NCBI GenBank assembly: GCA_017520155.1
Contig: JAFXGR010000047.1
Coordinates: 5,095-69,094, forward strand
Direction of reading: 5' to 3'
Length of the DNA stretch: 64,000 nt
Origin: Lachnospiraceae bacterium
GTDB taxonomy: Bacteria; Bacillota; Clostridia; Lachnospirales; Lachnospiraceae
Shown here in pieces: positions 31,274 to 40,942 of the stretch. The first letter of the stretch is position 1; the number at the start of each line of letters is the position of its first letter. The notes under the pieces are model-generated. The model was not told the DNA's origin. It ran no database searches and saw only the letters and a program-made list of their open reading frames with translations. A program made the translations under genes and the position numbers.

Positions 31274-32410
31274 ATGAGAAATTTATTATATAGCGTAGAA
31301 AAAATGGTAGCATTTCCTGTAGTTGAAGTATGGGACAGAGTAACGCCTATGAGAGTTATAAGTAAGATAGCTGAGTGGCATAAATTAGAAAAAATTCATC
31401 CTTATGGAAACCCAGAATGTATAAGAAAAGAACGAGAGTGGAACGAGAATGACAAAATTCAATTAAGTCTGATTTGCCCCTTATATAATTCTGAAATTTA
31501 TCTAGAAACATTATTACCATGTTTATTAAAACAAGAAACAGAATATGGGTATGAAATAATCTTTGTGGATGATGGATCAAAAGATAGTGCTTTTGCAGTT
31601 ATTAAAAGCTATTGTGAAAAATATCCTGAGAAAATTAGCATAATAAAGCAGGAAAATATGGGAATTGCAGAAGCGCGAAATACAGGAATAAATTATGCAA
31701 AAGGAAAATATATAGGATTTATAGATCATGATGATATGATTAAAAAAAATTATGTACAAAAACTTTTAGAAACTGCAATAGCAGAAGATGCAGATATTGT
31801 AAAATGTGCCATTGAAGAAATAGAAGAAGGAAGAGTTGTAGCAAGCAGCAGTAAGGAGTATATGAATATTTCCGGTGCTATGAAAGATGAACTTTTGACC
31901 AGTATAGGGTATGTATGGGGCGGAGTTTATAAGAGAGAACTGTTTAACAGAGTATCATTTCCTAGAGGATATTGGTATGAGGATATGATTGGAAGAAGCC
32001 TTTTAAAAAGACAGAGTAAAAAATATATTCAGCTTTCAGATGTACTATATATAAAAGTGAGAAGTGAAAATAATGCTTCAAGAAAAATATGGTCAAGCAA
32101 AGAATATAAATGTCTGGAGCAGTTGTACCTTGTAAAAGAGATTATTTCCGCAAATGAAGAGTTAAAGTTAGGAAAAGACGTGTACTTTTACAAGGCTCTT
32201 TTGAAAGAATGTTCTAAAACACTGGCAGGCAGAATTCAGGGATTGAGGGTTGGAGACAGAAAGATTGTTTTATATTGTGTAAGTGATCTAATGAAAGAGC
32301 TGTGGAAAGAAGAATACGATATAATTCTGAATAAAAAAGAACGTTTGTGGAATAAGGCAATGCTTAGAAATAATTTTTTGATATGGACTTTTTTGAATAT
32401 GGTGTATTAG
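31274..32410 (+). CDS. GT2 glycosyltransferase with ~60-aa N-terminal extension
   Basis: LSLICPLYNSEIYLETLLPCLLKQETEYGYEIIFVDDGSKD, IDHDD. Confidence 0.85.
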   Translation: MRNLLYSVEKMVAFPVVEVWDRVTPMRVISKIAEWHKLEKIHPYGNPECIRKEREWNENDKIQLSLICPLYNSEIYLETLLPCLLKQETEYGYEIIFVDDGSKDSAFAVIKSYCEKYPEKISIIKQENMGIAEARNTGINYAKGKYIGFIDHDDMIKKNYVQKLLETAIAEDADIVKCAIEEIEEGRVVASSSKEYMNISGAMKDELLTSIGYVWGGVYKRELFNRVSFPRGYWYEDMIGRSLLKRQSKKYIQLSDVLYIKVRSENNASRKIWSSKEYKCLEQLYLVKEIISANEELKLGKDVYFYKALLKECSKTLAGRIQGLRVGDRKIVLYCVSDLMKELWKEEYDIILNKKERLWNKAMLRNNFLIWTFLNMVY

Positions 32411-32461
32411 AATAATACAAACATATAGAAATCAATTTTTGTCATGAAAAGAAAGGAATTT

Positions 32462-34033
32462 ATGAAAAACATATATTTATTAGACTGTACTCTGCGTGAC
32501 GGTGGCTATATAAATGATTGGAATTTTGGAGAAGAAGCAATTCGCGGAATATGCAGAAAATTGGAACTTACGGGAATTGAAATCATAGAGATTGGATTTA
32601 TGAGAGGAGATACTTATAATCCGCAATATTCTTTGTTTCCTGATGCGGAGTCTATGAAAAATATTATAACTCCTAAGAAAAAAGAGTGTATGTATGTTGC
32701 TATGTTGGATATGTCAGATCCGGTTCCACTGGAACGGATACAACCTTATGATGGAACGTCCATAGATGGTATACGAGTAATCTTTAAAAAAGATAAGATA
32801 GAAGAGGCATATACATATTGTGAAAAAATTCAAGCCTTGGGATACAAATTGTTTGTTAATTTTGTTGGTACAGATAATTATTCTGACATTGAATTTGTGG
32901 AAGGTATTAATAAGTTCAATAAAATGATGCCTTATGGAATTGCTATTGTAGACAGCTTTGGTCTGATCAAGAGAAAACAGTTCCTAAGATATGCGTATTT
33001 GGCAGATAATAACATGGAAGAAAATATTATACTCTGTTATCATGCACATAATAATCTTCAGCAAGCCTTTGGTAATGCCGAAGCATTGGTAGAAATGAAT
33101 TTAAGAAGAAAAATATGTATTGATGCTTGTGTTTATGGAATGGGAAGAGGAGCAGGGAATTTAAATCTTGAATTGTTTGCAGAACATTTAAATGAAAATT
33201 ATGGAACACAGTATAGAATTGAGCCTATGTTGGAGATTATGGATGAGTATTTAAATGAAATTCATCAGACAAGATATTGGGGATATTCATTGCCACTATA
33301 CTTATCCGCAGCTACAGGTTGTCATCCAAATTATTCGATTTATTTTGAAGAGAAGGGAACTTTGTCGGTAAAATCATTCAATGAACTTTTAAAATCAATT
33401 CCAGAAAAAGAAAAGGCAGTTTTTTCAAAAGAAAGGGCAGAAAAGTATTATAAAGAATACCAGGAAAATTTTGTGGATGATAAAGAAACTCTGGAAAAAT
33501 TAAAAGTTCTTACCGAAAGACCAATTTTGATTTTGGCACCGGGCCATAGCCTTAAAGAATATAAAACAATAATAGAAGATAAAATCTGTGAAATGAACCC
33601 TATTGTGATTTCTATTAATTTTGAAGGGTATCCGTTTAAGGCTGAATATGTTTTCTGCAGTAATATGCGAAAATTTTCTAAGATTAAAGAAGAATACAAG
33701 AAGAAATGTATTATAACATCGAATATTAAAAAGCATTATGATACAAGTATTGTGATTAATTTTTCTTCCTACACATCAAGAAGAGAAGAAATAGTGGATA
33801 ATGCAGGTATTATGTTGTTGAATCTTCTAATTACACTTGGGGTTAAAGAAGTAACAATTGCAGGTATGGATGGTTATATGTTGAATAATATTTCAAATTA
33901 CTATGAAGAAAAGAGGAGTAACGGAAAAATGGAGATAGAGGAAATAAGGAATGTTTTAGTGTCAGAAGAACTGTCAGAGATTAAAAAAGTTTTAAATATG
34001 AAATTTCTTACTCCAACAATGTATAAGTTATAG
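32462..34033 (+). CDS. Fusion protein: DRE-TIM/HMGL-like aldolase domain plus C-terminal DUF115 (MptE/Maf)-like domain
   Basis: The N-terminal YLLDCTLRDGGY and CYHAHNNLQQAFGNAEA (HxH metal site) are typical of HMGL-like pyruvate-utilising TIM barrels. The C-terminal ILILAPGHSLKEY ... NAGIMLLNLLITLGVKEVTIAGMDGY resembles the DUF115 core. The alternative start is 32444. Confidence 0.6.
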   Translation: MKNIYLLDCTLRDGGYINDWNFGEEAIRGICRKLELTGIEIIEIGFMRGDTYNPQYSLFPDAESMKNIITPKKKECMYVAMLDMSDPVPLERIQPYDGTSIDGIRVIFKKDKIEEAYTYCEKIQALGYKLFVNFVGTDNYSDIEFVEGINKFNKMMPYGIAIVDSFGLIKRKQFLRYAYLADNNMEENIILCYHAHNNLQQAFGNAEALVEMNLRRKICIDACVYGMGRGAGNLNLELFAEHLNENYGTQYRIEPMLEIMDEYLNEIHQTRYWGYSLPLYLSAATGCHPNYSIYFEEKGTLSVKSFNELLKSIPEKEKAVFSKERAEKYYKEYQENFVDDKETLEKLKVLTERPILILAPGHSLKEYKTIIEDKICEMNPIVISINFEGYPFKAEYVFCSNMRKFSKIKEEYKKKCIITSNIKKHYDTSIVINFSSYTSRREEIVDNAGIMLLNLLITLGVKEVTIAGMDGYMLNNISNYYEEKRSNGKMEIEEIRNVLVSEELSEIKKVLNMKFLTPTMYKL

Positions 34034-34165
34034 TGAATTATAATTCTGATTCACCATAATGTATAGTTAAGAATTGTTTTGAAGAACTTAATTTATGTTT
34101 TGTTGAGTTTCATTGTTTTCTTACGAATATTCAAAATAAGGATAGGCACTAATAATCTATAAAAT

Positions 34166-34205
34166 AAAAGTATCAGATTTTAATGACCTGATACTTTTAT
34201 TTTAA
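34166..34205. terminator. Bidirectional intrinsic terminator between convergent genes
   Basis: Perfect 11-bp stem, AAAAGTATCAG (34166-34176) with CTGATACTTTT (34188-34198), and an 11-nt loop. It is flanked by ATTTTA on both strands. Confidence 0.6.
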
Positions 34206-34218
34206 TGAGTTGAAAGTT

Positions 34219-35742
34219 CTACTTGACAGCAATCTCAAAGTTTGTTGTTTGATGGATTCTATATTGGCTCTTATCCAGCTTTGCCTTATGAACAATCGCT
34301 GTTTGAGCTTCTCCGGCAACACCCCATAGAATGTCAGCTTCACCAATTTGGGAATAGTCATTGGAATATTCCTCGATAAATGTAATGTCAGAATAACCAT
34401 AAAAATGCTCTAAATAAGCTTTACAGGATATATCAAATTCTCCATATTCCTGAGAAGAACATAATATGATTTTAGAATCTGTTGAATAGTTACTTGTAAT
34501 ATCAGACACAATTTCTTGAAAATTCTCTGATTGTAAAGTGAATGCCTTGGCATCATTTGGGATATGCCAAGAGATATATAGTATAAACACAATAAGAGCT
34601 TGCGTATAACAAAATTTTACACGATACTGATTCTTGAAATAGCGATATCCCATAATAATTGTAAGATAGCCAACTCCAAAAACAAAAGGTAACAAATAGC
34701 GTTCATAAATACCAATTTTTGCGTAAGTAACCAATTGAGTTGACATAATATAAGCACAAAAAATTAATTCTAAAAAGAAAGATAGGTTCAAAACTTTTTT
34801 TGAGCAAATAAGTTGAAAAAAGAGGAAAAACAATATTATAAGAATCAGATAAGGAAAACAAGTTCTTCTGAGAGAAGTATAGATTCCTTCTAAATAAACG
34901 CTAATGTGATCACTAGCACTGAAACCGGCGTAACCTATAGAGTTGGTTCCTACATATTTTAAAATAATAAAGGACTCAATCAATAAGGTAATAATTGTGC
35001 ATATAATATTTCCTAGGAAATAATGAAAAAAGAGCTTAACATTTTCAATAAAGTTATTTTTTGATAAAGTGTCTTTAAAAGTAAAAATAAATAATAGAAG
35101 AAAGAAGGCTGGGACACAAACTAAAAAGCATTCTTTCTGCAATGAAAGAAGCAATAATGAAAAATAGAAAAACACCTTATTCAACAAACTTCTATTATTT
35201 GCCAGGTTATAAGTAAGAAGTAAACTCAAAGAAAAGAACAAAGTTCCCACACCTTCCTGAGGACCAAGACGCCATATTACTGCAGATTGTCTGCCTAGAA
35301 TAATTAAAGCACAAAAAAACAATGAGAAAAAGCGACTGACTCCCATTTTTCGAGCAAAAACATAGTTTAGTGAAGAAGCGGTAGAAATGATAACCGCATT
35401 TTTTAGTGCAATAATTCCAAAATGTTCGATAAACAGGATAGAGTCCAAGGAACGAAAAAAGGACCATAGCGGGCGGAAACGAATAGAGAGATCATTTTTC
35501 ATAAATTGAAGAATACCTCCCCATATGCCATAAGCAGATATATGCCGCTGAATTTTAATGTAGTCCTGATCATCCTGTAAATGATAGCCGGAAAATAACG
35601 TACCCATTTTATCAAGAAAGAGAACAAGAAAAATAGTAAATGAAGTCCAAATAATCAGATACTCTAATGTTTGACGCGATATACTGAAATTCAAGTAGGG
35701 ACATTTTATATCATCTGAATGTAAATCTCTCTGGGGTTTCAA
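34219..35742 (-). CDS. Polytopic membrane protein, GT-C-like (paralog family B, inverted copy)
   Basis: FLDKMGTLFSGYHLQDDQDY, RFRPLWSF and WRLGPQEGVG are shared with the protein at 60886-62415, as is the C-terminal QYRIHQTTNFEIAVK. Confidence 0.55.
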   Translation of the reverse strand: MKPQRDLHSDDIKCPYLNFSISRQTLEYLIIWTSFTIFLVLFLDKMGTLFSGYHLQDDQDYIKIQRHISAYGIWGGILQFMKNDLSIRFRPLWSFFRSLDSILFIEHFGIIALKNAVIISTASSLNYVFARKMGVSRFFSLFFCALIILGRQSAVIWRLGPQEGVGTLFFSLSLLLTYNLANNRSLLNKVFFYFSLLLLSLQKECFLVCVPAFFLLLFIFTFKDTLSKNNFIENVKLFFHYFLGNIICTIITLLIESFIILKYVGTNSIGYAGFSASDHISVYLEGIYTSLRRTCFPYLILIILFFLFFQLICSKKVLNLSFFLELIFCAYIMSTQLVTYAKIGIYERYLLPFVFGVGYLTIIMGYRYFKNQYRVKFCYTQALIVFILYISWHIPNDAKAFTLQSENFQEIVSDITSNYSTDSKIILCSSQEYGEFDISCKAYLEHFYGYSDITFIEEYSNDYSQIGEADILWGVAGEAQTAIVHKAKLDKSQYRIHQTTNFEIAVK

Positions 35743-35848
35743 ATTAATTCCTCCAAACTTATAAAATAGTATAGAATAAACATCTTAAATATAATATAAT
35801 CTAAACAAGTATGTCAATAAAAAGACAATAATGAAACGAGGAATAGAA

Positions 35849-37759
35849 ATGTTAATCATATTATTTCTGGTAATTAATTATGTGGTATTACTGAATAAAA
35901 AGGAAAAGCCGTATTTTATATCTACCATTTTATATACTGCTATTGTATATTTTTGCAGTGAAATACTATCGTTATTTAACTTCTTAGAATATAAAGGATT
36001 ATCATTCTGTTACGGTGTAATATTGATAATTTTGGGAAGCTTAATTGCCATTTCCTTTTATAGGAATAAGAAGCAAATTAAGTCGCCGTTAAAGGAGCTA
36101 TTGAAAAAAAATGGAAAAGAGCCACTTTTCTGGATATTAGTTTTAGTTGGACTTGGCATGATGTTTTTATCCATAAATACAGTTCCCTATAACTGGGATT
36201 CTATGACTTACCATCTGCCAAGATTAACCCAGTGGATACAGAATAAGTCTATTGCTCATTATGCAACCGGAGATATCAGACAGGTAACAAGCCCGGTACT
36301 GGCAGAGGTGATAAATTTGCAGGTGTATATTTTTACCGGTGGTCAGGATTGCTATTTGAACTTGTTACAAACCTGCTCTTATTTGACTAATGCTGCACTA
36401 ATCTATTTTATTGCAAAAAAATTAAAGGCGAAGAAACATTACTGCTATTTGGCATCCCTGATTTTTATGAGTATGCCCATAGCTTTCGGAGAAGCATTAA
36501 CAACCCAGGTAGATCATTTTTCTACCTTGTGGCTGCTGTTGTTTGTTTATTATCTATTGGATTTACTGGGGACGGAAGTGCGATTGGTTTGGAATAAGAA
36601 TATCCTATGGAACGTAGTTCTTTTGAGCTGCTGTATTGGCTTTGGGTATTTAGCCAAACCTTCCGTATTAATTGGAATGTTTCTATTTTCCCTATGGTTA
36701 TTATATGCTGTAATAAGGAGAAAAGATCCTTCTGTAGAAATATTAAAGCTGATATTATTGGCAGCAGGAATTATCATAATTATAGTTCTTCCGGAAATTG
36801 CAAGAAATCTTATTACCTTTGGAGCAGTTTCAGCTCCTGTAGCAGGTGCAAGGCAGATGATTGGGACACTACATCCGTTATATGTATTTGTGAATGGATT
36901 AAAGAACCTGGGAATGAACCTGCCAAACACATATTTTTCCTGCGGTGGAATTATTGAATATGGAATCTATTGGATTTCTTATCTTTTGGGAGTGGAGATT
37001 AATGACCCTGCAATAGCAGAAGATGGAAGAGTTTTCTTTCTCCACCAAGCAGGAGAATATGGACATGACACAGCAATCAATCCATTAATCACTATTGTGA
37101 TGATATGTATGATTCTGTGGCTATTCAGTACTTTTTTAAAGAAAGCTAAGCTGGGAATTTCTGGGCAATATGTGGTACTTTCTATTATAAGTTTCCTGAT
37201 CTTTTGCTGTATTTTACGCTGGGAACCTTTTGTTACAAGATATATGTTGTCTTATCTGGCATTATTGTGTCCGGCAGCGGCAGTATGGCTTACGAAAATC
37301 AGAAAGGGTTCTACTTCAAGCAGTATTTATGGAATTATTTTGTTTCTGTGTATTGTGGAGTTGATACATCTTTCAGAGTATCATACTGGTATTATGGCAG
37401 AGCAAAAGCAGTGGAGAAATACTATGGCGGGGTATTTTTCTACCAGAAGTCAGGAGAGAGACAATTATCTGGCTTTACAGGAAATTTTGGAGGAAGAAAG
37501 TTTTCGTAGTTTAGGGCTGTTGTTATCAGTAGATACTTATGAATATCCAATTTGGAAAATGGTGAAAGAGGATACAGTTGTTCAGAATGTCTGTGTAGAA
37601 AACGAAACGTCAAGGTATATTGATAATAGATTTCTGCCGGAAGCTATTGTTATCATTAAAAGAGATCCGAAGAATTTATCTTCTTTTGGAGAAGATACCT
37701 ATTTGAAATATAGAGAAGTGAATGATGAGATTTCTATTTGGAAATTAAGGAAAGAATAA
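35849..37759 (+). CDS. Large polytopic membrane protein, GT-C-like (ArnT/PMT-type architecture)
   Basis: More than 12 TM helices. First-loop motif NTVPYNWDSMTYHLPRLTQW. C-terminal soluble domain. GAGGA RBS precedes 35849; the alternative start is 35831. Confidence 0.5.
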   Translation: MLIILFLVINYVVLLNKKEKPYFISTILYTAIVYFCSEILSLFNFLEYKGLSFCYGVILIILGSLIAISFYRNKKQIKSPLKELLKKNGKEPLFWILVLVGLGMMFLSINTVPYNWDSMTYHLPRLTQWIQNKSIAHYATGDIRQVTSPVLAEVINLQVYIFTGGQDCYLNLLQTCSYLTNAALIYFIAKKLKAKKHYCYLASLIFMSMPIAFGEALTTQVDHFSTLWLLLFVYYLLDLLGTEVRLVWNKNILWNVVLLSCCIGFGYLAKPSVLIGMFLFSLWLLYAVIRRKDPSVEILKLILLAAGIIIIIVLPEIARNLITFGAVSAPVAGARQMIGTLHPLYVFVNGLKNLGMNLPNTYFSCGGIIEYGIYWISYLLGVEINDPAIAEDGRVFFLHQAGEYGHDTAINPLITIVMICMILWLFSTFLKKAKLGISGQYVVLSIISFLIFCCILRWEPFVTRYMLSYLALLCPAAAVWLTKIRKGSTSSSIYGIILFLCIVELIHLSEYHTGIMAEQKQWRNTMAGYFSTRSQERDNYLALQEILEEESFRSLGLLLSVDTYEYPIWKMVKEDTVVQNVCVENETSRYIDNRFLPEAIVIIKRDPKNLSSFGEDTYLKYREVNDEISIWKLRKE

Positions 37760-39790
37760 ATGAGAGTAGAAAAGTTAAAGAATGCTTATAAAGAGAATAG
37801 TACGATAGTTCTATGGTTCGGTTTCCTGTTTGTTTTGTTAGTGATTACCGTAGTTTTATGGAAGGTTCACATGGAGGAATATATCTTAGAATATACCTCT
37901 CACAGGAGCAATCAGGATGAGGTGCAGATAGTGGAGAACTTTACTATAGGTCAGGAGATTAGACAGGAGTTTGAAAGCTATATTGATTTTGACATGATTA
38001 CCTTAAGCTTTAGTGATCATGATAAACCTCAGAAAGGGAAGATATTTCTTATTGTAAATAATAAACAGACAGGGAGACAGATTTACTATGAAGAAAAGAA
38101 TGCTTCCGATATCCGGTATAATGAGCCTGTAGAAATTTATTTCCGCCATGGAGAATCGGGAATGGCAGAAGTTACCTACGAGGTTATTTTAAAATCAGAA
38201 GGAGAGGCCGAAGAAGGCCTGGGAGTGTATGGTCATAAGATTATAAATAAGGCAGCTAAAATAAATGGTAAGAAGGCAGAGTATGAATTAAGTATCGGAA
38301 TTCATAGCACTACGCCTTTTTATCAGATTCTATCACTTGGAATCTTACTTTTGATGTTTTTGTCTATTTGTGTTACTGTATTATACGTATTTCAAAAAAG
38401 AGGAGAAGAGGAGCATATTTTTCTTTTCATTGCAATTCCTTTTTTATTAATAATGCTGTTTTTGTGGCCGGGAAACAATGTGTATGATGAGCCAAGGCAC
38501 TATCATACGGTATATCATTGTTCAAATCAGATCCTTGGGAAAGGTGGTGATGATCAGGCGCGTAAGATTGCAATGAGAGCCTGTGATGTTCAGGCGGAAG
38601 AAATTAAGGAACAAATTGGTTTACCAATTAATGCTCAGGCACAGAATTTATGGTATCAATATAAGAAGGCAGGAAGGGCCGTACAGGATACATCAATGAT
38701 TGAAGTTGATATAAGTGATTATCCTTATGTCAGTGATGGGTCTTTTGTTCAGTATACACCGGGAATTCTTGGTATGTCTTTAGCAAGAGTTTTACAGTTG
38801 AATTATTTTTGGATGATGTTTTTTGCTCGATTAGCAATTGTTATTTTTTATGTGATATTATGTTATTTGGGAATTAGGATGATTCCTTGCTATAAGATGA
38901 TGATGGTCTTTATTGCTGCTCTTCCCATGAATTTGTACCAGGCATCAGGAATTAGCTACGATAGTTTTACTTTTGCAGTAGGTTTTGTTACCTTCTCTCT
39001 TATAGTTAAGCTTTGGAAGGAAGGATTAAGAAAGAAGGGCTGGATTTTACTGGGAATTTTTGTGTTCCTATTGGCACAATGCAAGGGTGGTGTATATCTT
39101 ATACTTTTATTACTGCTTCCAATTATTCCTAAAATATCTTTTTTGGAAAAAAAATGGAGGAAAGTGATTGGTATTTATGCAGTAGCAGCGGTCTCTATGG
39201 TGACTTCTTTCTGGCCCACGATAAAAAGTCTTTTTATAAAGCCTTTAGCTATGGAAGTAGAGCAGCAGGCTACAGTTGTTATTAATTCCGGTGGAATTAT
39301 GGCAAAAAAATTACACCCTTTCTATGCCTTCCAACAGCCTATAGAATTCATCAAAATGTTGGTGGAGACTACTTTTGAAAATATAGATATATATTTGGGG
39401 CAGTTATTAGGGTATCGGACGGCATGGAGCAATGATATAATAAGTCTGGTTATAGTATTACCATTTCTGGTCTTTATTCTTTTGGCAGTAGTTATGGAAG
39501 ATAAAGAGGGAATAAATTTAAACTTATTTCAGAGATTATGGATTCTGATGATTCCTGTCATGGAATATATAGGGATGCAGATAATATTTCTGGTAGAAAC
39601 ACCGGAATATAGCAAGGTGATTCTGGGCTTTCAGGGGAGATATTTCCTTTTGTTATTACCGGTAATATCATTACTTTGTGCAGATAGTGGATTTGTATAT
39701 AAAAAAAGAAAGGAACATTTATATCCGGTATTTGCAGTATTGCAGTATGCATATATGTATTTTTTTATTATCATGTTTATGGTGGCATAG
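37760..39790 (+). CDS. Large polytopic membrane protein, DUF2142-like / GT-C-like, with an N-terminal extracytoplasmic domain
   Basis: One TM helix, then a ~170-aa soluble region, then many TM helices. The motif NNVYDEPRHYHTVY resembles the PDExxH motif I recall for DUF2142. Confidence 0.45.
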   Translation: MRVEKLKNAYKENSTIVLWFGFLFVLLVITVVLWKVHMEEYILEYTSHRSNQDEVQIVENFTIGQEIRQEFESYIDFDMITLSFSDHDKPQKGKIFLIVNNKQTGRQIYYEEKNASDIRYNEPVEIYFRHGESGMAEVTYEVILKSEGEAEEGLGVYGHKIINKAAKINGKKAEYELSIGIHSTTPFYQILSLGILLLMFLSICVTVLYVFQKRGEEEHIFLFIAIPFLLIMLFLWPGNNVYDEPRHYHTVYHCSNQILGKGGDDQARKIAMRACDVQAEEIKEQIGLPINAQAQNLWYQYKKAGRAVQDTSMIEVDISDYPYVSDGSFVQYTPGILGMSLARVLQLNYFWMMFFARLAIVIFYVILCYLGIRMIPCYKMMMVFIAALPMNLYQASGISYDSFTFAVGFVTFSLIVKLWKEGLRKKGWILLGIFVFLLAQCKGGVYLILLLLLPIIPKISFLEKKWRKVIGIYAVAAVSMVTSFWPTIKSLFIKPLAMEVEQQATVVINSGGIMAKKLHPFYAFQQPIEFIKMLVETTFENIDIYLGQLLGYRTAWSNDIISLVIVLPFLVFILLAVVMEDKEGINLNLFQRLWILMIPVMEYIGMQIIFLVETPEYSKVILGFQGRYFLLLLPVISLLCADSGFVYKKRKEHLYPVFAVLQYAYMYFFIIMFMVA

Positions 39791-39823
39791 ATGTTTTAAT
39801 GAAGAGAGGAAAGAGAGAAATTG

Positions 39824-40876
39824 ATGTATGTTAACGGGAATGAAAGCTCTGAGTTAGGGATAATTAATATTATAAAAGCCATTGGTATCCTTCTTGTCAT
39901 CTTTGGACATGCTATTCAATATGCTTCAGGAGAGCAGGTGTTAAGCAGTGGACTATTTTTTGAGGATTTTCTTTTCAAATTTATCTATAGCTTTCATATG
40001 CCTCTGTTTATGCTTGTAAGCGGATATTTATTTTACAATACAGTAGAAAAATATCAGGGAAAGCAGCTTCTTTTAAATCGATGGCATCGACTGGCACAGC
40101 CAATTTTGGTATGGGCCTTTTTCCCATTTATGGAGTTAGTACTAAAAAGAGATAAGATTACTATCTTGAATGTGATAAAAAGTCTGATTCGGGCGGTGAT
40201 TCTGAATCCTTGGTTTTTATGGGCAATATTATTATCTTCTATGGCAGTAGTCGTTGTGAATAAATTTTTTAAAGATAATAAGTTGATATATTTTTTGGGG
40301 TTTTTGTTGATATTTGTGATACCTGATCAGTATAATCTTCATTTGTATAAGTATATGTATCCCTATTTTGTATTAGGATATCTTTTTAACAAGAATATAA
40401 GATGGCAGAATACTTTTTCTTTACGAATCAGATCTGGGAGGATATACGGAGTTCTACTTACCATATTCTACTTTATTTTATTATCGGTTTATTCAAGAGA
40501 TGCCTATATTTATGTTTCAGGAATTACATTACTGGGAAAGAACTACGAGTATCAGCTTTTGATTGATTTATATCGTTTTTTAATCGGATTTGTAGGAAGT
40601 CTTTGGATTATATGGATTTCAACAAAAGTAGCAAATCAAATCCCAAAGAAGGTAATGATAGCAGTTGATTATCTGGGGAAATATTCTATGGGATTCTATT
40701 TGATCTCCGGTGTTATTTTTTCTTATATAGTATCACCCCTTACAAGAGAGATAGAGGGGATTAATTACTTGTTTGTAACAGGAATCTCTATCATTGTTAC
40801 TTTGAGTTGTGTTATGCTCATAGAGATTATTAAAAAGAATCATTTATCGAATAAACTATTCCTGGGAGGGCGTTAG
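39824..40876 (+). CDS. Acyltransferase family 3 membrane O-acyltransferase
   Basis: IIKAIGILLVIFGHAIQY (conserved His in TM1), about 10 TM helices, size ~350 aa. Confidence 0.75.
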   Translation: MYVNGNESSELGIINIIKAIGILLVIFGHAIQYASGEQVLSSGLFFEDFLFKFIYSFHMPLFMLVSGYLFYNTVEKYQGKQLLLNRWHRLAQPILVWAFFPFMELVLKRDKITILNVIKSLIRAVILNPWFLWAILLSSMAVVVVNKFFKDNKLIYFLGFLLIFVIPDQYNLHLYKYMYPYFVLGYLFNKNIRWQNTFSLRIRSGRIYGVLLTIFYFILLSVYSRDAYIYVSGITLLGKNYEYQLLIDLYRFLIGFVGSLWIIWISTKVANQIPKKVMIAVDYLGKYSMGFYLISGVIFSYIVSPLTREIEGINYLFVTGISIIVTLSCVMLIEIIKKNHLSNKLFLGGR

Positions 40877-40942
40877 TGCTTTGGTATATTCATAGTTGAA
40901 GATGTTAAATTACTAATCCTAATATAGTAAAGGGGAAAATAA

